Assembly: GCA_018303845.1 (NCBI GenBank)
Contig: JAGVXH010000008.1
Coordinates: 4,092-68,091 of the forward strand
Direction of reading: 5' to 3'
Length of the DNA: 64,000 nucleotides
From: Candidatus Pacearchaeota archaeon
GTDB lineage: Archaea > Nanobdellota > Nanobdellia > Pacearchaeales > GW2011-AR1
This document shows, piece by piece, positions 43,027 to 56,100 of this stretch. A model generated the notes under the pieces. That model saw nothing but the letters and a program-made list of their open reading frames with translations. It was not told the DNA's origin and did not search any database. The position numbers and the translations under genes are program-made. Each line of letters opens with the position of its first letter. Within the stretch, counting starts at the first letter, position 1.

Positions 43027-44109
43027 CTAAAGATTGAATGCGCTTTGTTCTATTGGCTGACTTGAATAAAGTGCTGCGGTTAGTCCTTTGTCTTTGAAGA
43101 TTAGGGGAAATGCTTCTGATACTTTTGAAAAATTTTTTGGATTAAAACACCAACCTCCGAGATATGGCTTTGGGGTTATTGGAAGTGGGATGAATTTATA
43201 GACTTCTACTTTTGCTTCGTTTATTTCATTTTTATCTAGTTGTGTTTTGAATACGAACTCCTCTGGCTGGGATTTTATTTTTGGGGATTTTATTTGATAG
43301 CTGAAAGTGAAATTATCACCACTTACTTGCCATGTGATTACATTGTATTGGGGAGTTGAAAATTGAGCTACGCCATTATTTGATATGTTCGATATTTCCC
43401 ACGACGACGGGACATATTCTTTTAATTGGATGCCTTCTACTTCATGGGAAAGTCTTGCTTGTAGGGTGATTGTCCCTTCCGCATCACTTCTTATTTTTGG
43501 TTTATTTTTATTTTTGCTGAATTGTTCTGAATATTGTTTTTGGAATGTTAAATTTTGGATTAGAAAAAATGTTTTATTTTCTGTGAATATTTCGTTGTTA
43601 CATATTGCTAGAGTTGTTATGATGTTTTTCCCTAGGGCTAGGTTAGCTTGAGAAAGTGTTTGATTTGTACATGATTGTGAGAAGTTGAGCTCGATTGGGA
43701 TTTGTGATTCTGATATTGTTAGGGTTGTGTTTGGTTGGATTATTCTAATTGCTTTTTCTAGTATTAAAGTTGGTGCGACATCGTAGCCCTCTCCTGATAG
43801 TGTTAGGTTTTTTGGAGTCGCGAAGTAGCCTGAGCTTTTGTCTGTTATTTTTGTTTTGAAGATATCTCCAGATTTCCATTGATATCCTGTTCTGTCTTTT
43901 ATTACGTCGAGGTCACAGCAATATCTGTTATTTGCCGGAGAGACTTGGCAATTTGAAAAATAATTTTCGTTTGTTGCTAAATATGTTTTTACTTCGAACC
44001 AAGATGGGGACATGCTGTCTGTTGACTGAACTTCTCCGCAGATGAATTTGGCAGAAGCTGGGCTAGTTAGTAGTAATAATAATATTATGTATTTTAGTTT
44101 TGTGTCCAT
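43027..44109 (-). CDS. Secreted protein (360 aa) with a divergent family-B-like N-terminal domain; overlaps the 3' end of the 4903-aa gene
   Basis: Signal peptide ending SPASA|KFICGEVQ ..., then GDIFKTKITD ... NLTLSGEGYDVAPTLIL. Compare VTVTGAGFDMAQNLSI in the 393-aa protein. It has a 16-nt overlap with the giant gene. Confidence 0.6.
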   Translation of the reverse strand: MDTKLKYIILLLLLTSPASAKFICGEVQSTDSMSPSWFEVKTYLATNENYFSNCQVSPANNRYCCDLDVIKDRTGYQWKSGDIFKTKITDKSSGYFATPKNLTLSGEGYDVAPTLILEKAIRIIQPNTTLTISESQIPIELNFSQSCTNQTLSQANLALGKNIITTLAICNNEIFTENKTFFLIQNLTFQKQYSEQFSKNKNKPKIRSDAEGTITLQARLSHEVEGIQLKEYVPSSWEISNISNNGVAQFSTPQYNVITWQVSGDNFTFSYQIKSPKIKSQPEEFVFKTQLDKNEINEAKVEVYKFIPLPITPKPYLGGWCFNPKNFSKVSEAFPLIFKDKGLTAALYSSQPIEQSAFNL

Positions 44110-47100
44110 TGTGTTGATGAAGTTACAGAAACTTCATAGCCCTCTTCTAAATTTAATTGGAAATTGTTTCCGATGAATCCTGGTATCCACGGGAAAGGTG
44201 AAGGGATTAGCCCTTGTGAGCCTTGTGTGGTCGGGTTCCATTTTGATATTGCATCTGCATTTGGAATGCTCATTATTAATCCTTGCGCATTTGAACGTGT
44301 TGTATTCGCATAAAGTGCTATCCAGTTTTTACCGAAGCTAGTTGCGTTTTTTGTCAAGTCTATTGTTTGACTCGGATAAACTTTTCCGACCACACTCCAG
44401 TTAATTGTTTGTGATAATGATGTGTTGATATTTACTTCGTAGCCTTTTCCTGATTCTATTTCGAAGTTGCAATTTGTTGCGGTACACGAGAAGCTTTCTG
44501 GGCATGAGAAGTTGTTGCAAGTAACTCTGCTTTGTGTTATTGAGTTGAATGTTGTAAAAGCTGTGCTTTGAGGTATTTCGTTTAATGTTTCGTTTGCGTT
44601 TTTCAAATAACTGGCGTTTGACGGGAATGCAATCCAATTTTGCGATTTTACGATGTTGTGCCTTAATTCGTAGAGATGCGCGCCGAATATATCAGATGCG
44701 TTTTGTCCGGTTGGGTTTGTCGCGATGACTTGGTAGAATCTTCGTTTTTGCCCTGCAAATGTAATATCAGTATAATTTAGATTTGTTGTTTCGGTTACGT
44801 AAGTTAGAGTTGGAATTGTTGAGCCGGCGTAGATTTTGTATCTTTCTGAGTGCTCTGATGCGTTCCATGACAAGATGATGTTTCCTGTTCCGTCGTTTGA
44901 GGTTTGGTTTATGTTATATATTGTTGGTGTTGTTGGTGGTAAAAATGCGGCGAATGTGAAATTGCTTGAGCCCCATGCTGTGTTTTGATATGCGTCTGTG
45001 CATTTTACATTCCATGTGTAATAACCATCTGATTCAACTTCTATCGACGAGAAGTTTAGTATTATATCTTTTGCTGGGTTAGAAATTGTTTGATTTAGGT
45101 GCCAGCCGCCTGACCAGTTTCCGTAGAGTGAGCAGTTTAGGACTTGAGATTCATCTGACAATGTGAAGTTGAATGAGGGAATTGTGTAAGTTGAAAAATT
45201 TGCTGTGTTGATTGGATATGTTAATGTTATCTCTGGCGCGTCTAGTTCTGTGATTTCGATTGCCGACCAACTGGTTGTTCCCGCTCCAGCTGCTACTCCT
45301 TTTTGTAAAACTATTGCGGTTTTATTGTATATATTTTGCGTTAGATATGATGTTGCGAATGACGTTGAGGCTCCTGAGTTTTCGTTTGAGTGGATGTCAA
45401 AAGACCTTGTTGTGTTTACTAGGGGCATAGAAATTGTTGCGTATTGTGGGGATGAGGAAATTGTGTGTGAATGTGTTCCATGTTGTGCGGCGAAGAGGTC
45501 TGATTCAACTGTAAACCATTCGATATCTAATGCTCCTGCTATACCCTCTCTTGTAAAATTTAATGTTGTTGAATTTTTTATTTGTCCCTTTGTCATTGCG
45601 TTTTGAATCAGTGTGTCTGTTGACCTTTTTGAAAATATCATGAATGTTTTATTTGTGTTTATTTGTGATATTGTCTTTTCTGTTGCACTTCCTGTGTTTG
45701 AAATTTGCGCGAAACCTCTTTGCGTTGAAACTTCTTTCCAGCTTACGATTTGGTAAGACAATGTCCCGTTTGCTAGATTTGAAGATCTTGTGAAATTTAC
45801 ATTTGAATCATCTATAAATTTGCCAGTCCAGAATCCGTCAATGTTCTGAGCTGAGGTACTTGAGTCTAGCCTGTTGTTTACTATGATGAAGGAATTTGAT
45901 AAATTGACTTGGGTAATCGATAGAGATAATGTGTTTTCGTTTGTATATGAGATTTCTCCTCTTTGAACTGTTATGTTTGGCCCTGCTACTAGCGACCATT
46001 CAACAATTGCACCTGAACCAGATTCGTAGTTTTTGAAAATGATTTCTTCTGGATCTGTAAAGTCAGATGTTATTTGTAATGTTGCTGGGTCTGAAGTTCC
46101 TGCTCTTACCGTGTGTAAGATAAATCCTTTTGTTGGATGAATTTCTTCTATCGATTGAATGGAAGTTCCATCAGTAAATATTGAACCACGTTGGACTGAA
46201 TATGTTTCTGGCAATTTTATTAGGGATGAATTTACGAAGAATGTTACGTTTCTTGAGGTTGTATATCCCATACTATCGTTTGTATAAACTTGTAGGAAAT
46301 GTGATTGCTCGTCTGCTACATTGATTGCCACACCTTGACAGTTTGGCATTGTCACATTCTCTCCAAAGTTTAGTCTATACCAACATTTGTCCAGATGGAT
46401 GTCATATGCGCTGTAATCTACTCTAAGGCTTGTGTTGTAGGTGTATGTTTTGTTTTGTGGCGAAGTTAGTGTTAGAGTTGGGAATACGGTATCTATTAGT
46501 GTTATATTCCTCGTCGCTGCTGATGCCTTATTTCCCGATGTGTCGTAAGTTGTTGCGTTGTAAAAATATGTCTTGTTTGTTCCTGATGCTTGAAAATTTA
46601 TTTGGGTTATTTGTGATTGGTAGGTTGTTTGATTTAATAGATGTGTTTGATTGTATAGGTAGAATGTTATATTTTTGAAATTTGTTTCTGAGAGAAATGT
46701 GTTTAGGTTGATTAATTCTTGTTCGAGAGATACTCCGGAATCTTCAGTTGGTGCTATGAAAAAAAGAATTGGATTTGTAGTGTCTAATGTTATTTTTCTT
46801 GTGGAGAGATTGAATGTTAATCCGGACTTGTCCGTAATTGTTGCGTTGTAGAAATATGTCCCGTCTGCTAAATTTGTGAAATTAATTTGTCCCGTTTTTG
46901 ACTCAGATGTTGTTGTATTAATTAGTGTACCTGCCAGATAAAGTCTAAATGTTATGTTTGCAAAATTTGTTTCCTGAATTGAAGTATTTATGAAAATGAA
47001 ACTTTGTGATTTGTTGGCTGCGTTAACTTCTGTTGGCGAGACGTATGAAGCTGATGGTGGGAGGTTGTCTAATGTTATGATTCTTGTTTCTGATGTGTTT

Positions 47101-50100
47101 TTATTTCCGGCAAGGTCTAGTGATGTTACATTGTAAAAATATTCGTCGTCTGGCAAAAGCGTATAATTGATGTCTCGTTTCGTGGAAGTGAATGTGTATG
47201 AATCGTAAAGTCCCTCTCCATTAAATAAACTAAATGTTATATTTTTGAAATTTGTTTCTACGACTGATGTGTTTATGTAAATGTAGTTTTGTGTAATGTC
47301 GGTGTTATTGGGAAGGGTCGGCGAGATGAAATTTATTTGAGGCAGTGTCGTGTCAATTGTTATTGTGTAGTTTGTTGTATTGAATTTGTTTCCGACTATG
47401 TCTTCTGCTTGGTAGAACCAGTTGTAAATTCCGTCGGACAAGAAGTTGTATACTGTTCCTATGATTATTGAAAGCTCTCCTGAAAGTGGGATTATTGACG
47501 AGTAGACAAAATCTGTTTGGTTGAAGACATAAAGGACGGCTTGTGCTAATCCGTTTTCGTCTGATAATGTTGCAGTCAGATTCTGTGAAGGGTTGTTTGT
47601 GATTAGGTTGTTTGTTGGAGATGTCGGATTTCCGGTTGGTGAAATTGTATCTAAAAGTATTATTCTTGTTGGGGAATTTCCGTATCTTCCTGCTGAATCA
47701 AAGACTGTTATATTGTAATAGTATTTTTTATCTGGCAAAGTTGTGAAGGTGTGATCTCTAGTTGAATCATTTTGGAAATAGGTTGTGACCAGTCCTGTTG
47801 AATTGTATAAAAAGAATGTCATGTTGCGGAAATTGTTTTCTATTATACTTGAGTTTATGTAAATGAAATTTTGTGAGATGTTTGTGTTATCTGGTAATGT
47901 GTTTAGTCCAAAGTCTACGACTGGGTCTGTCACGTCGAATGTGACTGAATAATTTGATACGGAGGAAGTTACGTAGCCTAGCGTGTCGTTGCAGAAGACG
48001 TTCCATTCAGAAGTTCCTTCTTGCGAAAGGTTGAGTGTAAAATTTCCGTAGGGCTTGTTGCTGGCTGGGACATAACTTATGTTTATATCATCGATTGCCA
48101 TATCGCTTGTGTATGCGGAACCGGTTATACTTCTGAATCTTATTTTTATTGTCCCTTCATAATCTGCTAAACTTCTTGAGACATAGATATATGGAGCCGT
48201 TTGGACTGTTTGATTTTGTCCGACTTGGGACCAAATGGATGTCCAGCTTGAACCATCGTAAACTTCTAGGAATAGACTTCCCATTCCTGCTCCGTACATG
48301 TGAAACCAGAAACTTACATTATAATCGTTTAGGTCTGCATTTAAGTTTTCACTTTCTAACACGGCCTGAGGAGAGCCTGCGTCAAACGCACAAGGTTGCC
48401 CCGAACTTGCTTCGATAAATAGGAAGTGTCCTGCTATTGTTTGAAGTGTATGGTCCGCCTCTGGGCCGGTTGAACCTGAAGGTGTCCCATCGTTGTCTAA
48501 GTTTCTTGACCAATCGCAATTATCTGTTGTGCTTTGTGTCCAATTCCAGCCAGAAGCTACTTCGAAATTATCGAAAAATTTTCCCGTCTCTCCTCTTATC
48601 CAGTCAGAATCTGTTTGGTTTAAATGCCATCCTCCGTTCCATGTCCCCCATAGACTACAACTTCGAGTTAAATCTGGGTCCTCTGCTGTATAATTGAAGA
48701 GAATACTTGTTTCTTGTGAATAGAATGAGTTATCTGATGGTTCTAATAGTTGGATTGCCGGGCCTGTTGTTGAAACTAGGAAGGTTACATTTTTGTAGGC
48801 TAGGTTATTGAAAGTGTCGTTTGCGAAAAAATGAAGTGTGTGTCCGCCGTCTGTTGTGTTAAAGGTTGTTGATGCCGCACAGTTTACTGTTGTGTTTGCT
48901 GTGTTGTCTATATTATACCAGCATGTGCTGACTCCCACTATTTCATCTGTGACTGAATAGTCTAGCGGAAGACTTATGTTTGTTCCATAGGCTTTTGGTT
49001 TTGGATTTATTATTTGGATTACTGGACCTAAATAGTCAATTCCGATTCTTCGTTCTTCTGTTGAATTTGTATTGCCTGCTTTATCCTGAGTCGTTACATT
49101 GTATTTGTAGACTTTGGACGGAAGGTTTGTAAAATTGATTGACCTTGTTGTTCCTGTGTATGTTGTTTGGTTGATTAGAGTTATTCCGTCATAAAGGTTG
49201 AAAGTTATGTTTTGGAAGTTTATTTCTGATATTGTTGTGTTGATGAAAATCCAGTTTCCGGTTTTGTTGAAGTTATTGCTTTCTGTTGGAGAGACGAATT
49301 GTATTATTGGGCTGACTGAATCTAGTGTTGTATATCTAGTTTCTGAGACTCCTAAATTTGAAGCTTTATCGTAAGATATTATTTGGTACCAATATTGTGT
49401 GTTTGCTAGGTTTGTGAAGTTGATTTGTCGTGTCGTGTCTGTGAATGTTGATTGCGCGACTTGCCCGGTGGAGTTGTATAATGTGAATGTTATGTTTTGG
49501 AAGTTTTCTTCTACAAGAGTTGCGGCTACTAAAATCCAATTTTGGTTTATGTGTGTGTTATTAGCAAGTGTTCCAAAGCCATAGGTTATTTGTGGTTCTG
49601 TGTCGTCGAGAGTTATTGATCTTGTTAGAGTTGAAGTTGAATGGCTTACTTTGTCTACAACTGTTACATTGTAGTAATATGTTCCTTGTGAAAGTAGATT
49701 CCATGTTAGCCCCCTTTGTGGGTTTGTGTATGTGTTTGTTTTTATGTTGAAGCCGGTTGCGTTGTAAAGGTTGAATGTTATATTTGCTTCGTTGGCTTCT
49801 GTGACTTCGACACCTACTGTTATTGAATCTCCTGATGCGAAAGATCCTGATGGTTTTGTTGAACTTGAGAAATCTATAGTTGGGGCTAAGTTATCTAATG
49901 TTAAGTTTCTGATTGTTGTTGTATTTGAATTTCCTGCTAGATCGTAAGCCGTTACATTGTAAAAATATACTTCGTCTGGAAGGAGCGTCCAGTTAATTTG
50001 TAATGTCCCATCGGAGAATGAGTGAGAGAAGACTTGGGAGTCCGAATCATAAAGGCTGAATGTTATGTTTTTCCAGTATGTATCTGATGAGGTTACATTT

Positions 50101-53100
50101 ACGAAAATGTTTTCTCGTTCGAAAATTAATCCTGACTCTTCTGTTCCTATCCCATATTCTATTAGTGGTTGTGTTGTGTCAATTGTTAGTGTGTTTGTAG
50201 TTGTATTCATTTTGTTCCCGACTGTGTCTTCGACTTGATAGAACCATCTGTAAATTCCTTCGGTTAGAAAATTATATACTATTCCTACCGTTGATGATAA
50301 TGCCCCTCCTAGCCCGACTACTTGCGTATGAATGATTTGTCCTGTTGCGTTTAGGATATAGAGTGTTGCGTTTAGTAGACCTGTTGTGTCAGAAAATGTT
50401 GCAGTTAGATTTTGGTTTAAGTTATTTAGGTATGAGTTGTTTGCTGGCGTGCCTAGGTTCCCGCTTGGTGCTATTAGATCTAAATTTATTTTCCTTGTTT
50501 CGGAGTATCCTACATGATTTGCCTTGTCAAAGACTGTGACGTTGTAGTAATATGTTCCGCTTGCAAGGTTTGTGAAGTTGGTTTGTCTGGTTGAATCTGT
50601 GTAGCTGTTTGTTCTTGGGAAACCTGTTGAGTTGTATAAATTGAATGTTATGTTTTTGAAATTATTCTCTATTAGGTTTACATCTGCGAATACCCAGTTT
50701 CGTCCGACGTTTGAATTGTTGGCTTCTGTGCCACTTCCGAAGAAAATTTGAGGGTCTGTCACGTCTACTATGAAGGTGAAATTATTTAATCCAAATGAAT
50801 CGTAGCCTATTGTGTCGTTGCATTTTATGTTCCATTTATATGAGCCTTCTTCTTGTATCGGGACTTGGAATGCTGTGAAATTTTGCTCTTGCCCTAATGT
50901 TGTTGTTGATTCGTAGTTTGTGATTTGTTGATATGATTGATTTATCCAGTCGGCGCTTCTAAATGTTGAAGAGACTCTGATTTCATCTAGGGTTCCTATA
51001 AAATTATGTGCAACATTGTCATAGAATACTGGATTTGCACCTGTTGCTGCACCTATTCTTGCATTGTCTGTTCCGGAGAGACCATCTCCTTGTGTTGCCG
51101 AACCCGATAGGCTTCCATCAACATATAAGAATTGCACTGTCCCGGTATGTCCTCCGCAAACGTAATGCCATGAGTCGTCCGCGTATGTTGTTCCTGAATC
51201 TATTGGGTTAAATGCGTTATTGTAACATTCTGCATATCGAATTGCTCCTGATGTTGTTACACCCAAACCTGTTCCGTCAGTTGTTCCTCCATCTTCCAAA
51301 ATTGTTCCATTGTGGTTTGATGCAAATTTTATCCATGCACAATATGTGTGCGCTCCATCTACATTCCATTCTGGGTTTGTTCCTAGATAGTCTGTTCCAT
51401 CAAAGTAATCTGCTCCGCCTATCTTTCCTGATGTGTTCATGTTTGAGTCTGGGTCTATTCCGTCTTCTGTATTCCAATTTCCAAGTGTATCGAATGCTGT
51501 TCCTGATGTTTGGTCTAAGTGATATACGGAAGTGTATGAAGCACTCCAAACTGATGCTGGTGTTTCTGTGCTTTCTGCATCTGGGTTTTTGTAATACATA
51601 CAAATTGTATTTGTTCCAACTGTAAAGCTTGGAATTTTTAGCCAGACGTTTGCTTGTCTAGAAGTGTAGTCTTCTATTTCGTAACTTAGGGCTGTGCCTG
51701 CGGAATCACAAGTTCCTGAAAAAAATAATAAATCAGCGTAGTCTCCTGTTTCTGTATGATAGGATGAAATGTTGAGATAGATTGGAAAGTCGGTTAGCGT
51801 TGTACTGCCTGTGTTTGTAATGTTTATCTCTCGTCTGTTTTCTGATGCGACGTCTTGCCAATTCCCTGAATATGTTTCGTTTTGGTGCCATGCTCCGTTC
51901 CAGTTCCCGTAAAGCGAGCAGGTGTCTACATCATCTGGATCATATGCTGAAAAGGAAAAGTTTAACTCCGTTCCTGCTCCATAGAATGTGTCATTTATTG
52001 GGGCGATTAATTCTATTGCTGGTCCTGTGATTGAAATGAAGAACGATACGGAGTCTTGTCCTATGTTCCCAAAGGTGTCGTTTGCGTAGAAGTATAATGT
52101 ATGTGATGCGACTGAAGTGTTAAAGGTTGTTGTTGTCCCGCAGGTGATTGATTGGTTCTCTCCATTGTCTAAATTCCACCAACAGGCCTGCACACTTGAA
52201 ACTTTATCTGAGACTGTGTGCTCTAAAGACAAGGATTCATTGTAGCCATATGTTTTAGCCCTTGGTTTTGTTATTGTTACAACTGGGCCGCTTGAATCCA
52301 ATCCTATACTTCTTGTTTCGCTTGAGTTTGTGTTTCCTGCCCAATCTATTGATGTTACGTTGTATTGGTAATTTTCGTCTGGAAGATCTGTAAAGTTGTA
52401 TGCTCTTGTCAAGTCGGTAAATGTTTCTTCGGAGATTAATCCTTCTGGGCCGTATAGGTTAAATGTTATTTGCTTGAAGTTTTGTTCGGTGACTGTTGTG
52501 TTAAGATAAACCCAATTCCTGTTTCTTATTGCTCCGTCATTTTCCGTTGGTGATGTAAAGGATATTATTGGAAGAATTGTATCTAGCGTTATTGTTCTTG
52601 TTTGGCTTGATGAGTTTTGGCTTGCTTTGTCGAAGACTGTGATATTATAGGAATAGATTTCGTTTGGGAGATTTGTGAAATTGTGTGCTCTGGTGCTGTC
52701 ATTGTAGGTTTGGCTTGATACTAGCCCTGTTGAATTAAACAAGAAGAATGTTATGTTTTGGAAGTTTAATTCTGTTAGGCTCGTATTTATGAATATCCAG
52801 TTTTGGGATTTGTTTGTGTTTGAATCTTCTGTCGGTGCAGAGAAGTCTATAGCTGGAGCCGTGTTATCTAATGTTATTTTTCTGGTCTCAGTTGACCCTT
52901 TCTGGCTTACCTTGTCTATTAGAGTTACATTATAGAAGTATATTCCCTCACTTAGCAATGTCCATGTTACTGCTCTACGCCCGTCGGTGAATATGCTTAA
53001 AGGCTTTGCTAGTCCGCCTGTTTCATTGTATAATGCGAAGGTTATGTTTTGCTCGTTGACTTCTGTTGCTGAGACTTCTGCTGTTATGATTGTACCTGTT

Positions 53101-56100
53101 ATGACTGAATCGTTTGACTTTGTTGCTCCAGAAAAAGTTACTACGGGCGGAGTTGTGTCTAATGTTATTGTTCTTGTTTCGGAATAACCCTCGTTTCCTG
53201 CTAGGTCATATGAGGTTACGTTGTAGTAATATTTATCATCTGAAAGGACTGTCCAATTGATTTGTCTTGTGCTGTCGGAGAATGAGTTCGGACTTGGTGA
53301 GACTATGCCTTCGTCGTTATATAGCCAGAAAGTTATGTTCTTGTAATTTCTTTCGTAGATGGATGTATTTATTGTTATGTAATCTCGAAGGACAATACTA
53401 TTGGTGTTTTCTGTTGGCGCAATGAGTGTTATCGTTGGTGCTGTTGAGTCTATCTCAATTGAGTTTGCTGTTGTATTGAATTCGTTGTTGACTGAATCTC
53501 GGACTCGGTAGAACCATGTGAAAACATCGTCGTATAGGAATTCGTAGATTATTCCGACTGTTGCAGATGTTAATCCGACTAGAGAAATCAGTGAAGAATA
53601 AATTGTGTGGCCTGTTGAGTTGACTACGAAAAGTGTTGCATCTTTTAACTCAAGGGAATCTGAGACTGTTGCGGTTAGGTTTTGGGTTTTATTTTTTGTG
53701 AAATATCCGTTTCCTGGTGAGTCGGAGGTTCCTGTTGGAGAAGTTGTATCTAGTTCTATTGCTCTTGTCAAACTTGATGAGTATCTTCCTGATTTATCAT
53801 AGGCTGTGAAGTTGTAATAGTATGTCTGGTCTGACAAACTTGTCCATGTTATGTTTTTTGTTCCGTCGGAGAATATTTGGGAATTAATTAGGAAATTGCT
53901 TGAGTTGAATAAGAAGAATGTTATGTTTTTTGGATTTGTTTCTACTACGCTTGTGTTGACGTAGATTTCGTTGTCGCTTACTCTTGAATTATCCGAGAGC
54001 GTTCCTTCCCCGAAGTCTACTACTGGATTTGTTAGGTCGATTCCGACTGAGTAATTGTTTAGTGCTGTTGACTTGTAGCTTAAGGAATCGTTGCACTCTA
54101 TATTCCATTTGTATTCTCCTTCTGTTGTTAGGTTGACTGTGAAGTTGGCGAAGGTTTTTGCGGCGACTACAGTGAAGTTTGTGTCGTCGTTGTCGAAGTA
54201 TGTTCCTTGATCTACGCAGAAATTTGCTAGTGCATTGGGATCGTCGTCATATCCGATACCGCATCTTACCCAGTGTGTCCCGATTACATTATCTACCGTG
54301 AAACTTCGTGTTAGGTTGTAGTTTGTTCCGCTTGGAGCCGTTCCAGAATAGATTGTCTTCCACCCTGTTCCATTGTAATACCACATGTAGACTTCGTTTG
54401 TCGTTCCATATGGGTCAATGTAACAGATTGCTTGTAGCGTTGTTCCTGGTATTGTTTTTGTGTAACTTAGCCACATTTGTTCTATTGATTCGTCTGCTGA
54501 GGTTCCTTGTGAGGCGCATGTATTCCACGTATTGTCTCCTTCTGCTGAAAGTGGACTTGCTCCACAATCTAGACTTGGCCATGTTTGGCTACACGTTTTG
54601 ACTGTCGTGTTTGTTAGTAAAGCATAACTTGAGTCGGTTTGATTTAGATGCCATCCTCCATTCCATGTTCCAAAAAGAGAACAGGACTGAACTCCGTCTG
54701 GGTCGGTTGCTGAATAATTGAATAATGTGTTTGTTGCCGAGGGGTAGAAGGTGTCGTTTGCTGGGTTGTATAGAGATATTGCTGGTCCTGTTGTTGAGAC
54801 TAGGAATGTGACTTGGGAATTTGATGGGTTTCCGAATGTATCGTTTGCAAAGAACCACAGAGTGTGTGAGCCGTCTGTGACTGTGAATTGCGATGAGCCT
54901 GTGCAACTAACTGTTGTGTTTGCTCCGTTGTTTATGTTGAACCAGCAAGTGTGTGGTTGTGCGATTGGATCTGAGATGGTGTATGTTAGTGGTATGTCGG
55001 TTCCGTTTCCGTAGGCTTTTGATTGAGGGGAAGTTATTGATATTATAGGTCCCGATGTATCTAGCCCGATTATTCGGGTTGAACTTGATGCGAAATTTCC
55101 TGCTAGGTCGTAAGCTGTAAAATTGTAGTTGTAAAAGTTTGTTTGTAGATTTGTGAAATTAATTTGTCTTTGTGATGTTGTTGTTTGGTTGACTAAGCCT
55201 GACGGTCCGTAAACGTAAAATGTTATGTTTGCGAAGTTTGTTTCGATTAGGCTCGTATTTATGAAGAGCCATGTTTGACTTAGGTTGGATAAGTTGTTTG
55301 GCGTTGGACTTGAAAAATTTACTATTGGCGATATTGTATCTAATGTTGTTTTTCTTGTAGTTGAATAACCTAAGTTGTTCGCTTTATCTGCGACTGTTAT
55401 ATTGTAGAAATATTCTGTATTCGGAATATTTGTAAAGTTATATGCCCTTGTCCCGTCTGTGAAAATTTGTGAGGCGACTAGGTTTGTTAAATTGTATAAA
55501 TTGAATGTTATGTTTGCGAAGTTTGTTTCTGTTAGACTCGAGTTTATGTAGATGAAATTTTGTGAAAGGTAGGAGTTGTCTGGATATGTTGGCTCGGAAT
55601 AATTTACTATCGGGACTTGGTTGTCTAAGGTTATTTTCCTAGTTTCTGTTGAACTGTTTTTCCCGAAGATATTGAATACTGTTACATTGTAAAAATATGT
55701 CCCTTCTGGGAGAAATGTCCATGAAATTGTTCGCCGCGCATCTGTATAAGTTGATGGTGTTCTTTCTGGGAATCCTGTTTCATTAAAAATATAAAATGTT
55801 ATGTTTGCTTCGTTTTCCTCTATTACGCTTACTTCTGCTGTTAGTGTTGTGCCTGATATTGTTGCGTTTGTTGGATATGTTTGTCCTGAGAATGTTACTA
55901 TTGGATTTGTTGAACTTACTCGGACTATTCTTGTTTCGGTTGAGTTTGATTGATTGGCTAAGTCATAAACTGTTGCACGGTATGAATAATTTCCGTTTGG
56001 TAGTCCTAGGAAATTATGTGTTGTTGTCTTTGTTGTGTAAGTTGTTTGACTAAATAATCCTGTTGTATTATAAATTGAATATGTTACATTTTTAAAATTT

